A stretch of 58,696 nucleotides of DNA from an uncultured Methanosarcinales archaeon (GTDB lineage Archaea; Nanobdellota; Nanobdellia; Woesearchaeales; CAYZNE01), in assembly GCA_964405295.1 (NCBI GenBank), contig CAYONI010000003.1:69159-127854 (forward strand), written 5' to 3'. The stretch's first letter is position 1; each line of letters starts with the position of its first letter. Below, one piece after another: positions 28,429 to 37,541 of this stretch. A program made the position numbers and the translations under genes. The notes below the pieces were generated by a model that saw only the letters and a program-made list of their open reading frames with translations, did not search any database and was not told the origin of the DNA.

Positions 28429-29463
28429 ATGAAAATAATAGTTCGTAATTTAAAAAAGGGTCTAATCAAAGTACAAATTGAGAATGCAGACGACCTATGG
28501 TATCTTAATCAAATAATTGAACCAGGAGATGTTGCTAGATGTAGGACTATTAGAAAAATAAAAATTGGTGATGAGAATAATCCTAAGATTGTTAAGAAGC
28601 CACTAACACTAACAATTAATGTTGAGAATATAGAGTTCCATGAAACAACAGGTAACCTGCGGGTTGCAGGTAAAATAATTGATGGTCCTGATGATATCCC
28701 CAGAGGAAACTTTCATACATTTACGCTTGACCAAGGAAAAGATATAACTATAATAAAAAAGAATTGGCCAAAACACTTACTAGATAAATTAAAAGAGTCA
28801 GAGCAGAAAGCTTCAGAATATCTTGTTGTTATTTTTGACAGAGAAAAAGCGATCTTTGCAGAACTAAAAAGAAGAAATTACAAAATTCTAAGTTCAATAA
28901 ATGCAGATGTACAAAAGAAAGATGCACCTAAAACAAAATCAGATAATATTTATAAGGCAATAATAAAACAGATAAATGAGTACCTTAAAAGAACAGACTA
29001 TCAAAATATCATTGCTGCATCCAGCAACTTCTGGAAAGAATACCTAATTAAAGAGCTAAGCGAAGAACTAAAAAAGAAAACGGTATTTGCAACTATTTCT
29101 TCAGTTAATAATAATGCCTTAAATGAATTAATAAAAAGACCTGAGCTTAAAACTCTGCTTTCTAAGGAAAGAATAATGCAAGAACTAGTATTTATTGAAA
29201 GAGTTCTTGAGGCTCTTGCAAAAGAAAAAGCTTTTTACGGAATAAAAGAAGCAGAAGAAAAAGTAAATGAAGGCAATATTAAACTTCTTTTGGTTAGCAA
29301 TAATTTTATTATTAAAACCAGACAAGAAGATAGTTTTGGAAAACTAAATTATATCATGCGAACTGCAGATAAGGCCCAGGCAGAATTACATATAATTTCC
29401 TCAGATGAAACCTGCAAACAACTAGATAATCTAGGAGGGGTTGCAGGAATAAAGAGATGGTAA
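28429..29463 (+). CDS. pelA: mRNA surveillance protein pelota
   Basis: ENADDLWYL..II.PGD, LRVAGKI, G.FHT, LDNLGGVAG. Confidence 0.94.
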   Translation: MKIIVRNLKKGLIKVQIENADDLWYLNQIIEPGDVARCRTIRKIKIGDENNPKIVKKPLTLTINVENIEFHETTGNLRVAGKIIDGPDDIPRGNFHTFTLDQGKDITIIKKNWPKHLLDKLKESEQKASEYLVVIFDREKAIFAELKRRNYKILSSINADVQKKDAPKTKSDNIYKAIIKQINEYLKRTDYQNIIAASSNFWKEYLIKELSEELKKKTVFATISSVNNNALNELIKRPELKTLLSKERIMQELVFIERVLEALAKEKAFYGIKEAEEKVNEGNIKLLLVSNNFIIKTRQEDSFGKLNYIMRTADKAQAELHIISSDETCKQLDNLGGVAGIKRW

Positions 29464-29516
29464 TTAATTCTTTTATATAGTCAGCAGAAAGTATTAAATA
29501 GTTTGCTCAATTCTTA

Positions 29517-29969
29517 ATGATTAAGATGATACTTAGAAAGCCACGAATTGTAGATGTAAGCATTGGCCAAGGGTATTTATTAATTGAGACTATTGAGAAG
29601 CTAGGTGCTGAGGAATTTGCTCAAGAAATACTAGCAAAAACTACCCTTGGAAGAGTACCTGTTGATGTTTCAGGAAAATATGCTAAAAATACTAATTTAA
29701 GAAAAAGAATAGGTCAGGATATTCTTGCTGACACTTATTTTAAAATACCTCTTTTCTGGGGCTCAGATTATATAATACCTGGATCAAGTGAACATCCTTC
29801 AAAAAAACATAAAATATATCTTGTTAGTGGTTCTGGAAAAAATAAGTTTAATAACAAAGATTGGAATGTTTTATCCAAAATTACTGAAGAAGAACTTCCA
29901 AGAAAATTAAAGACTATTTATACAAAATTAACAAGTATTATAACACCAATTATAGAACTCTATGAATAA
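29517..29969 (+). CDS. Hypothetical protein
   Basis: 150-aa ORF with upstream TATA-like element. Confidence 0.65.
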   Translation: MIKMILRKPRIVDVSIGQGYLLIETIEKLGAEEFAQEILAKTTLGRVPVDVSGKYAKNTNLRKRIGQDILADTYFKIPLFWGSDYIIPGSSEHPSKKHKIYLVSGSGKNKFNNKDWNVLSKITEEELPRKLKTIYTKLTSIITPIIELYE

Positions 29970-30302
29970 TTAATTAACAAAATAAGCACACTTTTCAAAC
30001 TCTTCTAAACAAATACCATTTGGTGCACATTCAACATTTGTTGTGCAATTATCTTCAGAAATAAACACATCATCACTATACAACACGCATTCTGCAATTG
30101 GATCAGCATAAGTTTGCCCTGCAAGATTAGCTTTTGCCATATTATCTTCTGCAATATCCATACCTGAGTTTACACCCATTGAATAAAAGAATACAAAGCA
30201 CACTAAAAAAATCACCATTGTAAATGCAGCAAAAGAAGTTGCATTCATCTTTGAAAAAAAGAATAAATTTGTTTCATCATCTTTTTTCTTCTTTGAACTC
30301 AC
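29970..30302 (-). CDS. Single-pass membrane protein with C-terminal 5-Cys motif
   Basis: GTG start at 30302 after GGTGATAAG, overlapping the upstream TGA; one TM; C-x13-C-x5-C-x5-C-x6-C. Confidence 0.75.
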   Translation of the reverse strand: MSSKKKKDDETNLFFFSKMNATSFAAFTMVIFLVCFVFFYSMGVNSGMDIAEDNMAKANLAGQTYADPIAECVLYSDDVFISEDNCTTNVECAPNGICLEEFEKCAYFVN

Positions 30303-30607
30303 CTTATCACCGCCGGTTCGAAGTAAGCACAACGCTCAAACTCTAAAAAACAAAAGCCATCATTATTACAATCAGTGTGTTCATCACACATCTCAGAAGT
30401 TATTTCAATCTGATCATTATAAATAACACAATTTCTTACTTCATTCTGATAAGCTGCAGCCGCGATATTGTTTTTTGCATTGAAATTAATACCTACAATA
30501 AATGCAGAAATAATGCACAAAATAAATATTACAGTTATAAATATAGATACAGAATTAATCCTATCCCCTTTTTGTAAGGTAAATTTTGGTTTAGGCAATT
30601 TATTCAT
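30299..30607 (-). CDS. Single-pass membrane protein with C-terminal 5-Cys motif (paralog of the downstream gene)
   Basis: One TM; same Cys spacing and shared EFE.CAYF; start set at MNKLP. Confidence 0.75.
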   Translation of the reverse strand: MNKLPKPKFTLQKGDRINSVSIFITVIFILCIISAFIVGINFNAKNNIAAAAYQNEVRNCVIYNDQIEITSEMCDEHTDCNNDGFCFLEFERCAYFEPAVIR

Positions 30608-30855
30608 TTTAATATACTTAGAACTCAACCATTTTTAAATTATTCTATTGAGAACTTTGAAACACTAAGTTTTCAAGCCCTCATAAGATAATTTCATTAA
30701 ATCTTCTTCTTAATCGTTTTTACTGCACCATATTTGTAAAATATTTAACAATGGGCTTTGCAAAATTCTCTATTAAATTAGTATAAACCAACAAATACAT
30801 ATCAAAAAGTATAGATTTTAACACAACAAACTTTATATATAACTTAGCAACTAAT

Positions 30856-30902
30856 ACATTAGATGTGGTGTGTTTACGATACTAAACCCCCAGATATAGC
30901 GT
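30856..30902 (+). promoter_or_regulatory. Tandem NrdR boxes downstream of the TATA box (30831-30840)
   Basis: ACATTAGATGTGGTGT (30856-30871) and CCCCCAGATATAGCGT (30887-30902) versus consensus acaCwAtATaTwGtgt; starts 31 bp apart. Confidence 0.8.
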
Positions 30903-30924
30903 GTTGTCACGCAAAGGTGAAATA

Positions 30925-31374
30925 ATGAAATGCCCATTTTGTGGAAGCAATAACACCAAAGTGCTTGAAAGCAGAGACACAGAAGAATTTTCAGTTACAA
31001 GAAGAAGAAGACAATGTGAAAAATGCGAATCTCGATTTACAACATATGAACGAATAGAACTAAACATTAGAGTAGCAAAGAAGAATGGAACAACACAGCA
31101 ATTCGAAAGAGAAAAGCTAATTAAAGGAATTACAAAATCTTGTGAAAAAAGACCAATTACTACCGAAGATATTGAAAATATTGCATCAAAAGTTGAAGCA
31201 TACATAATGAAGAATGGATTAAAAGAGATAAAAACTATTAAAATCGGTTCAATTATTATGAGAGAACTAAAAAAACTAGATAAAGTTGCATATATTAGAT
31301 TCGCGTCAGTATACAAAGATTTCACAGATATTGATTCATTTATGGAAGAAGTAGCTAAACTTACCAAAAAATAA
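30925..31374 (+). CDS. nrdR: Transcriptional repressor NrdR
   Basis: MKCPFC, RRRRQCEKC..RFTTYE, ATP cone, LDKVAYIRFASVY; AGGTGA RBS before ATG 30925. Confidence 0.97.
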   Translation: MKCPFCGSNNTKVLESRDTEEFSVTRRRRQCEKCESRFTTYERIELNIRVAKKNGTTQQFEREKLIKGITKSCEKRPITTEDIENIASKVEAYIMKNGLKEIKTIKIGSIIMRELKKLDKVAYIRFASVYKDFTDIDSFMEEVAKLTKK

Positions 31375-31390
31375 AACTGGTAGAAAGAAG

Positions 31391-33547
31391 ATGAAGATAG
31401 AAAAAATAAGAAAAAGAAATGGAAGAATAGTTGATTTTGATATGGAAAAAATTACTTTTGCAATATTTAAAGCAGCAAGAGCAATCGGCGGGCACAATAG
31501 GAAAAAAGCAGAAGAATTATCTCAAAAAGTTATTGAACAGCTAGAAAAAGATTGGACTACAACACTTATTCCTGGTGTAGAATTTATTCAAGATGTTGTT
31601 GAAAAGATCTTAGTTGAATCAGGCCACTATAAAACTGCAAAAGCATACATACTCTACAGACATCAACATGAATCCATAAGAACAACAAAAGAATTATTTA
31701 CCAATATAGAAGTAATTGATAACTATATTAATTTAGATGATTGGAAGGTAAAAGAAAATTCAAACATGGGTTACTCGTTGCAGGGATTAAACTTCCATAT
31801 TTCTTCTTTAATCAGCGCACAATACTGGCTGAACAAAGTTTATCCAAAAGAGACAAGAGACGCTCACCAAAAAGGAGACTTTCATATTCATGACCTGGGA
31901 ACAATCAGTGTTTATTGCGTTGGATGGGATTTACAAGACCTTATTATGACTGGGTTCAAAGGTGTTGAAGGAAAAATAGAATCAAAACCTGCAAAACACT
32001 TTAGGACAATTCTTGGTCAAGCAATAAACTTTTTTTACACATTGCAAGGAGAAGCTGCAGGTGCACAGGCATTTTCTAACTTTGATACACTCTTAGCACC
32101 TTTTATTAGATATGATAATCTGAACTACAAAGAAGTAAAACAATGTTTACAAGAATTTATGTTTGGTATAAATGTTCCAACGAGAGTAGGATTTCAAACA
32201 CCTTTTACAAATATAACACTAGATCTGAAAGTCCCAGAATTCATGAAAAATGATCCCGTTGCATTTAATGGTAGAATAACAGAAGATACTTATTCAGACT
32301 TCCAGAAAGAAATGGACATGTTTAATATAGCCTTTGCAGAAGTTGTTGCAGAGGGAGATGCAAACGGAAGAGTATTTACATTTCCAATACCAACTTACAA
32401 CATAACAAAAGATTTTGATTGGGATAATCCAAAATATGAAAAAATTTGGGAGATAACAAGCAAATATGGAATACCTTACTTTTCTAACTTTATCAACTCA
32501 GACATGAACCCTGATGATGTAAGAAGCATGTGCTGTAGATTAAGATTAGACAAAAGAGAACTTCAGAAAAGAGGAGGAGGACTATTTGGCGCAAATCCTC
32601 TTACAGGTTCAATTGGGGTTGTAACAATAAATATGCCAAGATTAGGATTCAAATCTAAAACAGAAACAGAATTTTTCGAGAGACTTGACAAACTTATGGA
32701 TATTGCAAAAGAAAGCTTAGACACAAAAAGGAAATTATTAGAAAAATTAACAGAAAAAGGACTTTTCCCATATTCTAAATTCTATCTGAGAAAAATAAAA
32801 GAAGCATTTGGACAATACTGGAAAAACCATTTCTCAACGATCGGACTTATTGGAATGAACGAGGGTTGTTTAAACTTTTTAGGTGCAGGTATAGAAACAA
32901 AAGAAGGACATAAATTTTCTGAAAAGACTCTTGATTTCATGAGAAATAAACTTGAAGGCTATCAAGAAGAATCAGATTATATCTATAATCTTGAAGCAAC
33001 ACCTGGAGAAGGAATAACTTACAGATTGGCTAAAAGAGACAAAAAAGAATTTCCTGAACTAATAGTTGCAAATAATGAAGCTGTGAAAAAAGGTGCAAAA
33101 CCATACTATACAAATTCATCACATCTGCCTGTTAAATATACTGATGACCTATTTGAAGCACTTAAATTACAAGATCCGCTTCAAACAAAATATACTGGAG
33201 GAACAGTGTTTCACATATTTGTTGGTGAAAACAGAATTCCAAAAGAATCAATAAAACAACTTGTTAAGAAAGTTGCAAGCAACTTTCATTTACCATATTT
33301 TACACTGAGTCCAACATTTAGTATTTGTCCAACTCACGGATATGTATATGGAGAACACTTTAAATGCCCAACATGTCAAACAGACTGTGAAGTTTATTCT
33401 AGAGTTGTTGGATTTTTAAGACCTGTACAATTGTGGAACGATGGAAAAGTCGCAGAGTATAATGAAAGAAAGTTATTTGACAAGAGCCTAGGCTGTGAAA
33501 CACAAAAAATAGAAACAGTAAAAGAAAAATCAAAAGTAGAAACCTAA
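31391..33547 (+). CDS. nrdD: Anaerobic (class III) ribonucleoside-triphosphate reductase with ATP cone
   Basis: N-terminal ATP cone, HIHDL, RSMCCRL, EATPGE, YTNSS, glycyl-radical motif YSRVVGFLRP. Confidence 0.96.
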   Translation: MKIEKIRKRNGRIVDFDMEKITFAIFKAARAIGGHNRKKAEELSQKVIEQLEKDWTTTLIPGVEFIQDVVEKILVESGHYKTAKAYILYRHQHESIRTTKELFTNIEVIDNYINLDDWKVKENSNMGYSLQGLNFHISSLISAQYWLNKVYPKETRDAHQKGDFHIHDLGTISVYCVGWDLQDLIMTGFKGVEGKIESKPAKHFRTILGQAINFFYTLQGEAAGAQAFSNFDTLLAPFIRYDNLNYKEVKQCLQEFMFGINVPTRVGFQTPFTNITLDLKVPEFMKNDPVAFNGRITEDTYSDFQKEMDMFNIAFAEVVAEGDANGRVFTFPIPTYNITKDFDWDNPKYEKIWEITSKYGIPYFSNFINSDMNPDDVRSMCCRLRLDKRELQKRGGGLFGANPLTGSIGVVTINMPRLGFKSKTETEFFERLDKLMDIAKESLDTKRKLLEKLTEKGLFPYSKFYLRKIKEAFGQYWKNHFSTIGLIGMNEGCLNFLGAGIETKEGHKFSEKTLDFMRNKLEGYQEESDYIYNLEATPGEGITYRLAKRDKKEFPELIVANNEAVKKGAKPYYTNSSHLPVKYTDDLFEALKLQDPLQTKYTGGTVFHIFVGENRIPKESIKQLVKKVASNFHLPYFTLSPTFSICPTHGYVYGEHFKCPTCQTDCEVYSRVVGFLRPVQLWNDGKVAEYNERKLFDKSLGCETQKIETVKEKSKVET

Positions 33548-33548
33548 A

Positions 33549-34259
33549 ATGTTAATAGGAGGATTACAAAAACAAAGTTTAATAGACTATCCTGGAAAAA
33601 TTACGGCAGTAATATTTACACAAGGTTGTAATTTCCGGTGCCACTTTTGTCATAATCCGGATTTAGTTCTACCAGAAAGAATACTCAAATCTGAAAAGAT
33701 TTCAGAAGAATATATTTTTTCTTTTCTTTCTAAAAATAAGAACTTGTTAGATGCAGTCACAATAACTGGGGGGGAACCAACAATACATAAAGAACTTCCT
33801 GACTTTATAGCAAAAATAAAAGAACTAGGCTTGCTTGTTAAACTAGACACAAATGGGACAAACCAGGCTATGCTAAAAAGCTTGATTGAGAATAAATTAA
33901 TTGATTTTGTAGCAATGGATATTAAAACCACATTAAATCTTGAGAAGTACAAAAAACTCTGTGGTAATCAATTAGATGAGAAAACTTTCAATAATATAAA
34001 AAAATCTATAAAAATAATTCTTGACTCAGACCTAAATCACGACTTTAGAACAACAGTAATAAAAGAGCAACACTCAGAACAAGATCTCTTAAATATTTGC
34101 TTATCAATAAAAGGCAGTAAAGATTATAGTATACAAAAATTTAATCCTTTTGTTGTAATAGATAAGAATTTTGAAAAATATCACTCTTATTCTGATGAAG
34201 AACTGGGAAAAATTAGGGAAAAATTAGAAAAAATAATCCCTAAAATTAATTTAAGGTAG
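33549..34259 (+). CDS. nrdG: Anaerobic RNR activating radical-SAM enzyme
   Basis: GCNFRCHFCHNP, TGGEPT, KLDTNG; directly after nrdD. Confidence 0.95.
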   Translation: MLIGGLQKQSLIDYPGKITAVIFTQGCNFRCHFCHNPDLVLPERILKSEKISEEYIFSFLSKNKNLLDAVTITGGEPTIHKELPDFIAKIKELGLLVKLDTNGTNQAMLKSLIENKLIDFVAMDIKTTLNLEKYKKLCGNQLDEKTFNNIKKSIKIILDSDLNHDFRTTVIKEQHSEQDLLNICLSIKGSKDYSIQKFNPFVVIDKNFEKYHSYSDEELGKIREKLEKIIPKINLR

Positions 34260-34811
34260 TGTATCCTCGTTTAAAATTTTTTTATGAAATCCAATTTCTA
34301 CATCTAAATCAACTTCTTGCATATTTTCAAATTCATATGATGAAAACCCTGTAATCATAGAGCCAACTGAACCAGTATAAGGACTTGAAATAATCTCTTT
34401 ACAGTTAACAAAAACTTTTTGTAAACCCTTATCATTAAAACTGTAAGCTATATTATAAGAATTATTATCTAACAATTCCAACGGAGGAGATTTTATAATA
34501 GGTAATCCTGCTTCAATAGTTTTATCATTAAGATTATATTTCATTGCAAGACCAGGAATTTTTCTTGAGTAAAAAAGAATTACGTAATCTGGCATTACAG
34601 AATAATTATTCTTATCAAGCTCTTTTTTTAAATTTCCCTTGTAAGTATAGGTGCCTTGATCTAAAACAGGGAAATCCCCATCTAAACTACTTTTAATAAC
34701 AAAAGAAGTAACCTCACTACCTTCAAAAGACTTATTTGTATTTACATTAACCACAACAATTGCAAGTATTAACAATACTGCAACAAATATTGATACATTT
34801 GTTCTGCTCAT
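34251..34811 (-). CDS. Membrane-anchored protein, possible LamG/concanavalin-like domain
   Basis: N-terminal TM; LDNNSYNIAYSF...KVFVNCKEI resembles LamG DG.WHHI..T....LYVDG. Confidence 0.6.
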   Translation of the reverse strand: MSRTNVSIFVAVLLILAIVVVNVNTNKSFEGSEVTSFVIKSSLDGDFPVLDQGTYTYKGNLKKELDKNNYSVMPDYVILFYSRKIPGLAMKYNLNDKTIEAGLPIIKSPPLELLDNNSYNIAYSFNDKGLQKVFVNCKEIISSPYTGSVGSMITGFSSYEFENMQEVDLDVEIGFHKKILNEDTLP

Positions 34812-34925
34812 TTTAATGAATTAAGAAAACACTAATTTATAAAATTTATTAAATACATAATAATTCTGGCAAGATTATAAAAAAATAAAAAAATAAAAAA
34901 GTGCTCAACTATTAACGTTTAAAGA

Positions 34926-36653
34926 CTAACAGCCAGCAATTAAACATATTGCATCTCTAACATCTTCAACTGCATAAGACCCAACATATTCTTGATTATC
35001 AAAAATAATTGTTGGAGCATATTTTAATCCAAGATCTTTAGCTTCACTCATTGCAATTTCATAATCATACTCGCCATATAAGCTAATACAAACCTGTTTG
35101 TCTTCATCACTAACCCTTATACATTTCCAATTTACAGTAATATATTCTTGGGTTTCTAAATCATTAATTAACTGAGTTATTTCTTTACTTTTTGAATCAG
35201 TTTCAGAATAATAGTATGTTATTACTGGATTGACAGAAGGTAGTTCTTCAATAACCTCTGGTTTAAGTTCTTCATCATCTTCAGATTCAACAACCACAGG
35301 TTCAGATTCAATAACTTCGTCTACTTCCTCAACAATTTCTTGTTGATCTTCAACAACATCATCAGTTACTTCTACTGGAACATCAACTATTTCAACCTCT
35401 TCAGATTCATCCATAGTTTCATCCATAGTTTCATTACCTTCATCACTAACAATTATTTCAAATCCTGTGTCTTCTTCTAAATTTTCATCTGTAGTATCTT
35501 CTGTAAAAAGAATTTCTATTTCTGCTTGAGATTTTAATTCTTCAATAAACACAAGATATGCCTGATCTGATTTTTCAGCCAAGATATTATTCTTAGCACC
35601 TTCGATAATACTATTATCGAAATCTAATTTCTCAATTAGATGATATCCGTATGTTGTTTTAACAATTTCAAACTCACCTGAAGCTAAAGTAAATGCTGCT
35701 TCTTCAAATTCAGGTACCATTTCACCAGCCCCAAAGAAATACTCTCCACAGCTATCAACTGATCCTGGATCTTGACTTAATGAAGTTACATAATCACAAA
35801 ACTTAGAATTATCTTCTTCCAATTCTGTTTTTATTTCATCTAATTGATCATATATTTCTTGATTTTCTTCATCAGATAATATTAAAATATGTCTAACAAG
35901 AACCTTTCCTGCTAAATAATCAATTACTTCATTATTCTCAACAGTTATATTTTCTCTGAATGTTAAATTTGCAATTCTATCTATCAAAATAAAGTTTTTG
36001 AAATCATCTAAAAGATTATCAAGAGTTAACCCTGTAGCTGCAAGATTTTGTTCTATCTGTTCTTTTGTTAACCCTCTTTGAGCGATTAACTCATTAAGAC
36101 TTTCTTCAGCATCAGTAGCGGTTACAACAATACCAAGTTCTTCTGCTTTTTTAGTAAGTAATTCTTTTTCAATTAAAGAATTTAGAACGTCTTGTTTTGT
36201 TACTGGGAAGAAAGATGTTGCTGCAACAGTATCATATTTTGCATTTAATTCCCATTCATATATTGCAACGCCATCTACATAAGCCATAACACCATTACTT
36301 CTTGTTACAGGTGCAAATGTGAACCATGCTGCAACAAGAATTGCTAAAACAACTAATACTGCGACTAAAGAAAATAATAATTTATTAGAATTCTTAGTTT
36401 TACTTTTTGGTTTTTTCTTTTTGGTTTTAGTTTCCATTTTATTTTTTTTATTCTTTTTAGGTTTTATTTTGATAGGAACAATTTTTTTACGTCTTTTCTT
36501 AACCTTTTTAGGTTCTTCAACAAGTTCTTCGATTTCTTGAAGTTCTTCTTCGCTAATATCTTCTAAATCTTCAATTTCATTAGAACCTTTTTCAGTTTCA
36601 AAATCTAAATCATCAATATCTCTTACCAAGTTATCTTTTACCATGTAAATCAC
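34926..36653 (-). CDS. Membrane-anchored SurA/PrsA-like foldase (SurA-N + parvulin) with C-terminal thioredoxin-like domain
   Basis: TM, AYVDG..I, VRHILI, SQDPGS, GEMVPEFEEAAF, KTTYGYHLI; terminal YAPTIIF. Confidence 0.88.
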   Translation of the reverse strand: MIYMVKDNLVRDIDDLDFETEKGSNEIEDLEDISEEELQEIEELVEEPKKVKKRRKKIVPIKIKPKKNKKNKMETKTKKKKPKSKTKNSNKLLFSLVAVLVVLAILVAAWFTFAPVTRSNGVMAYVDGVAIYEWELNAKYDTVAATSFFPVTKQDVLNSLIEKELLTKKAEELGIVVTATDAEESLNELIAQRGLTKEQIEQNLAATGLTLDNLLDDFKNFILIDRIANLTFRENITVENNEVIDYLAGKVLVRHILILSDEENQEIYDQLDEIKTELEEDNSKFCDYVTSLSQDPGSVDSCGEYFFGAGEMVPEFEEAAFTLASGEFEIVKTTYGYHLIEKLDFDNSIIEGAKNNILAEKSDQAYLVFIEELKSQAEIEILFTEDTTDENLEEDTGFEIIVSDEGNETMDETMDESEEVEIVDVPVEVTDDVVEDQQEIVEEVDEVIESEPVVVESEDDEELKPEVIEELPSVNPVITYYYSETDSKSKEITQLINDLETQEYITVNWKCIRVSDEDKQVCISLYGEYDYEIAMSEAKDLGLKYAPTIIFDNQEYVGSYAVEDVRDAICLIAGC

Positions 36654-36697
36654 CTTTTTACTAATTTAATATTATTTTAAAAATCAAATCGATTTTC

Positions 36698-36846
36698 GAA
36701 AGCTAAAACCGCAAGCTATTTGTTCTAAACCACGAAGGTAAAGAATAATACTTATAACGCCTACAACAAAATTCTACACATAAAAAATTTTGAAGCTTTA
36801 CAAGAGATAATTCTTGTAAATGACTATTTTAGCGTAGTTTCACCCC
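36698..36846. ncRNA. Candidate structured RNA or long leader of the foldase gene
   Basis: Closing stem GCTAAAA/TTTTAGC enclosing three hairpins; TATA at 36868-36882. Confidence 0.4.
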
Positions 36847-36932
36847 TTCTTTACTTTAAGTAAGTTATTTTATATATAAATATTGTGTTTTGTTTATAAA
36901 GAAAACAAAAAAGAAGTCTGTAGTAACATTTT

Positions 36933-37412
36933 TTATTTTTTCTTAATTTTAATCATATCTCCAAGCGTCATTGGGCCAGATTCAACATGCTGTAGCTTAA
37001 TAGGCTTATCCTCAACTTTTTGTATAAGAGCAATATGCAAGAATTTCTCTAGTTTTTGAATCAAACCAACACCTGGCTCAAAATGACCAGATTCAATATT
37101 ATGCAGCAAAGACTCTTTTATTGCAAGCATTTTAGCAAGATTTTCTTGCTTTAAACCCTTTCTTTCCCTTGCTTGTTTGACTAATTTACCATAGTCTGAA
37201 ACAATAACCTCAACCGTATTGTTAGGTCTGCTAGAAGGAACATTTCGCACATACTTAGATTCTTCTTCATAAATAGGTTCTTCTTCAACCCTTATCTCTT
37301 CAACAGCAGTTCCTAACCTTGAACAATTAGCACAGACAATCATTTCTGCACCTTCTATCTTTGCTTTGAATACTCTTTCTGTTTTAGAACCACATAAATT
37401 ACAAATTGGCAT
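36933..37412 (-). CDS. mbf1: Archaeal multiprotein bridging factor aMBF1
   Basis: CNLCG...IEGA...VCANC Zn ribbon, HTH, TLGD C-terminal motif. Confidence 0.94.
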   Translation of the reverse strand: MPICNLCGSKTERVFKAKIEGAEMIVCANCSRLGTAVEEIRVEEEPIYEEESKYVRNVPSSRPNNTVEVIVSDYGKLVKQARERKGLKQENLAKMLAIKESLLHNIESGHFEPGVGLIQKLEKFLHIALIQKVEDKPIKLQHVESGPMTLGDMIKIKKK

Positions 37413-37541
37413 TTTATCACCCTATTATTCTCAAAATAGGCACAACAAACTTTTTTGTGACTATTTAACAAATTTGAATGCTCAATAATCTCAGATTATT
37501 GCTTGATATCCTAATTATATTCTTACATTAATATAAGGATA

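Noticed and set aside
30882..31367. 161-aa minus-strand ORF
   Set aside because: Antisense shadow of nrdR
36700..36766. Fluoride (crcB) riboswitch-like words AACCGC...ATAACGCCTAC on the + strand
   Set aside because: The required 5' GATGG.GTTC segment is absent and there is no downstream + strand gene
36690..36850. RNase P RNA, SRP RNA or tmRNA
   Set aside because: No GAGGAAAGTCC-type CR-I, no SRP helix-8 motif, no tRNA-like 3' end; too short
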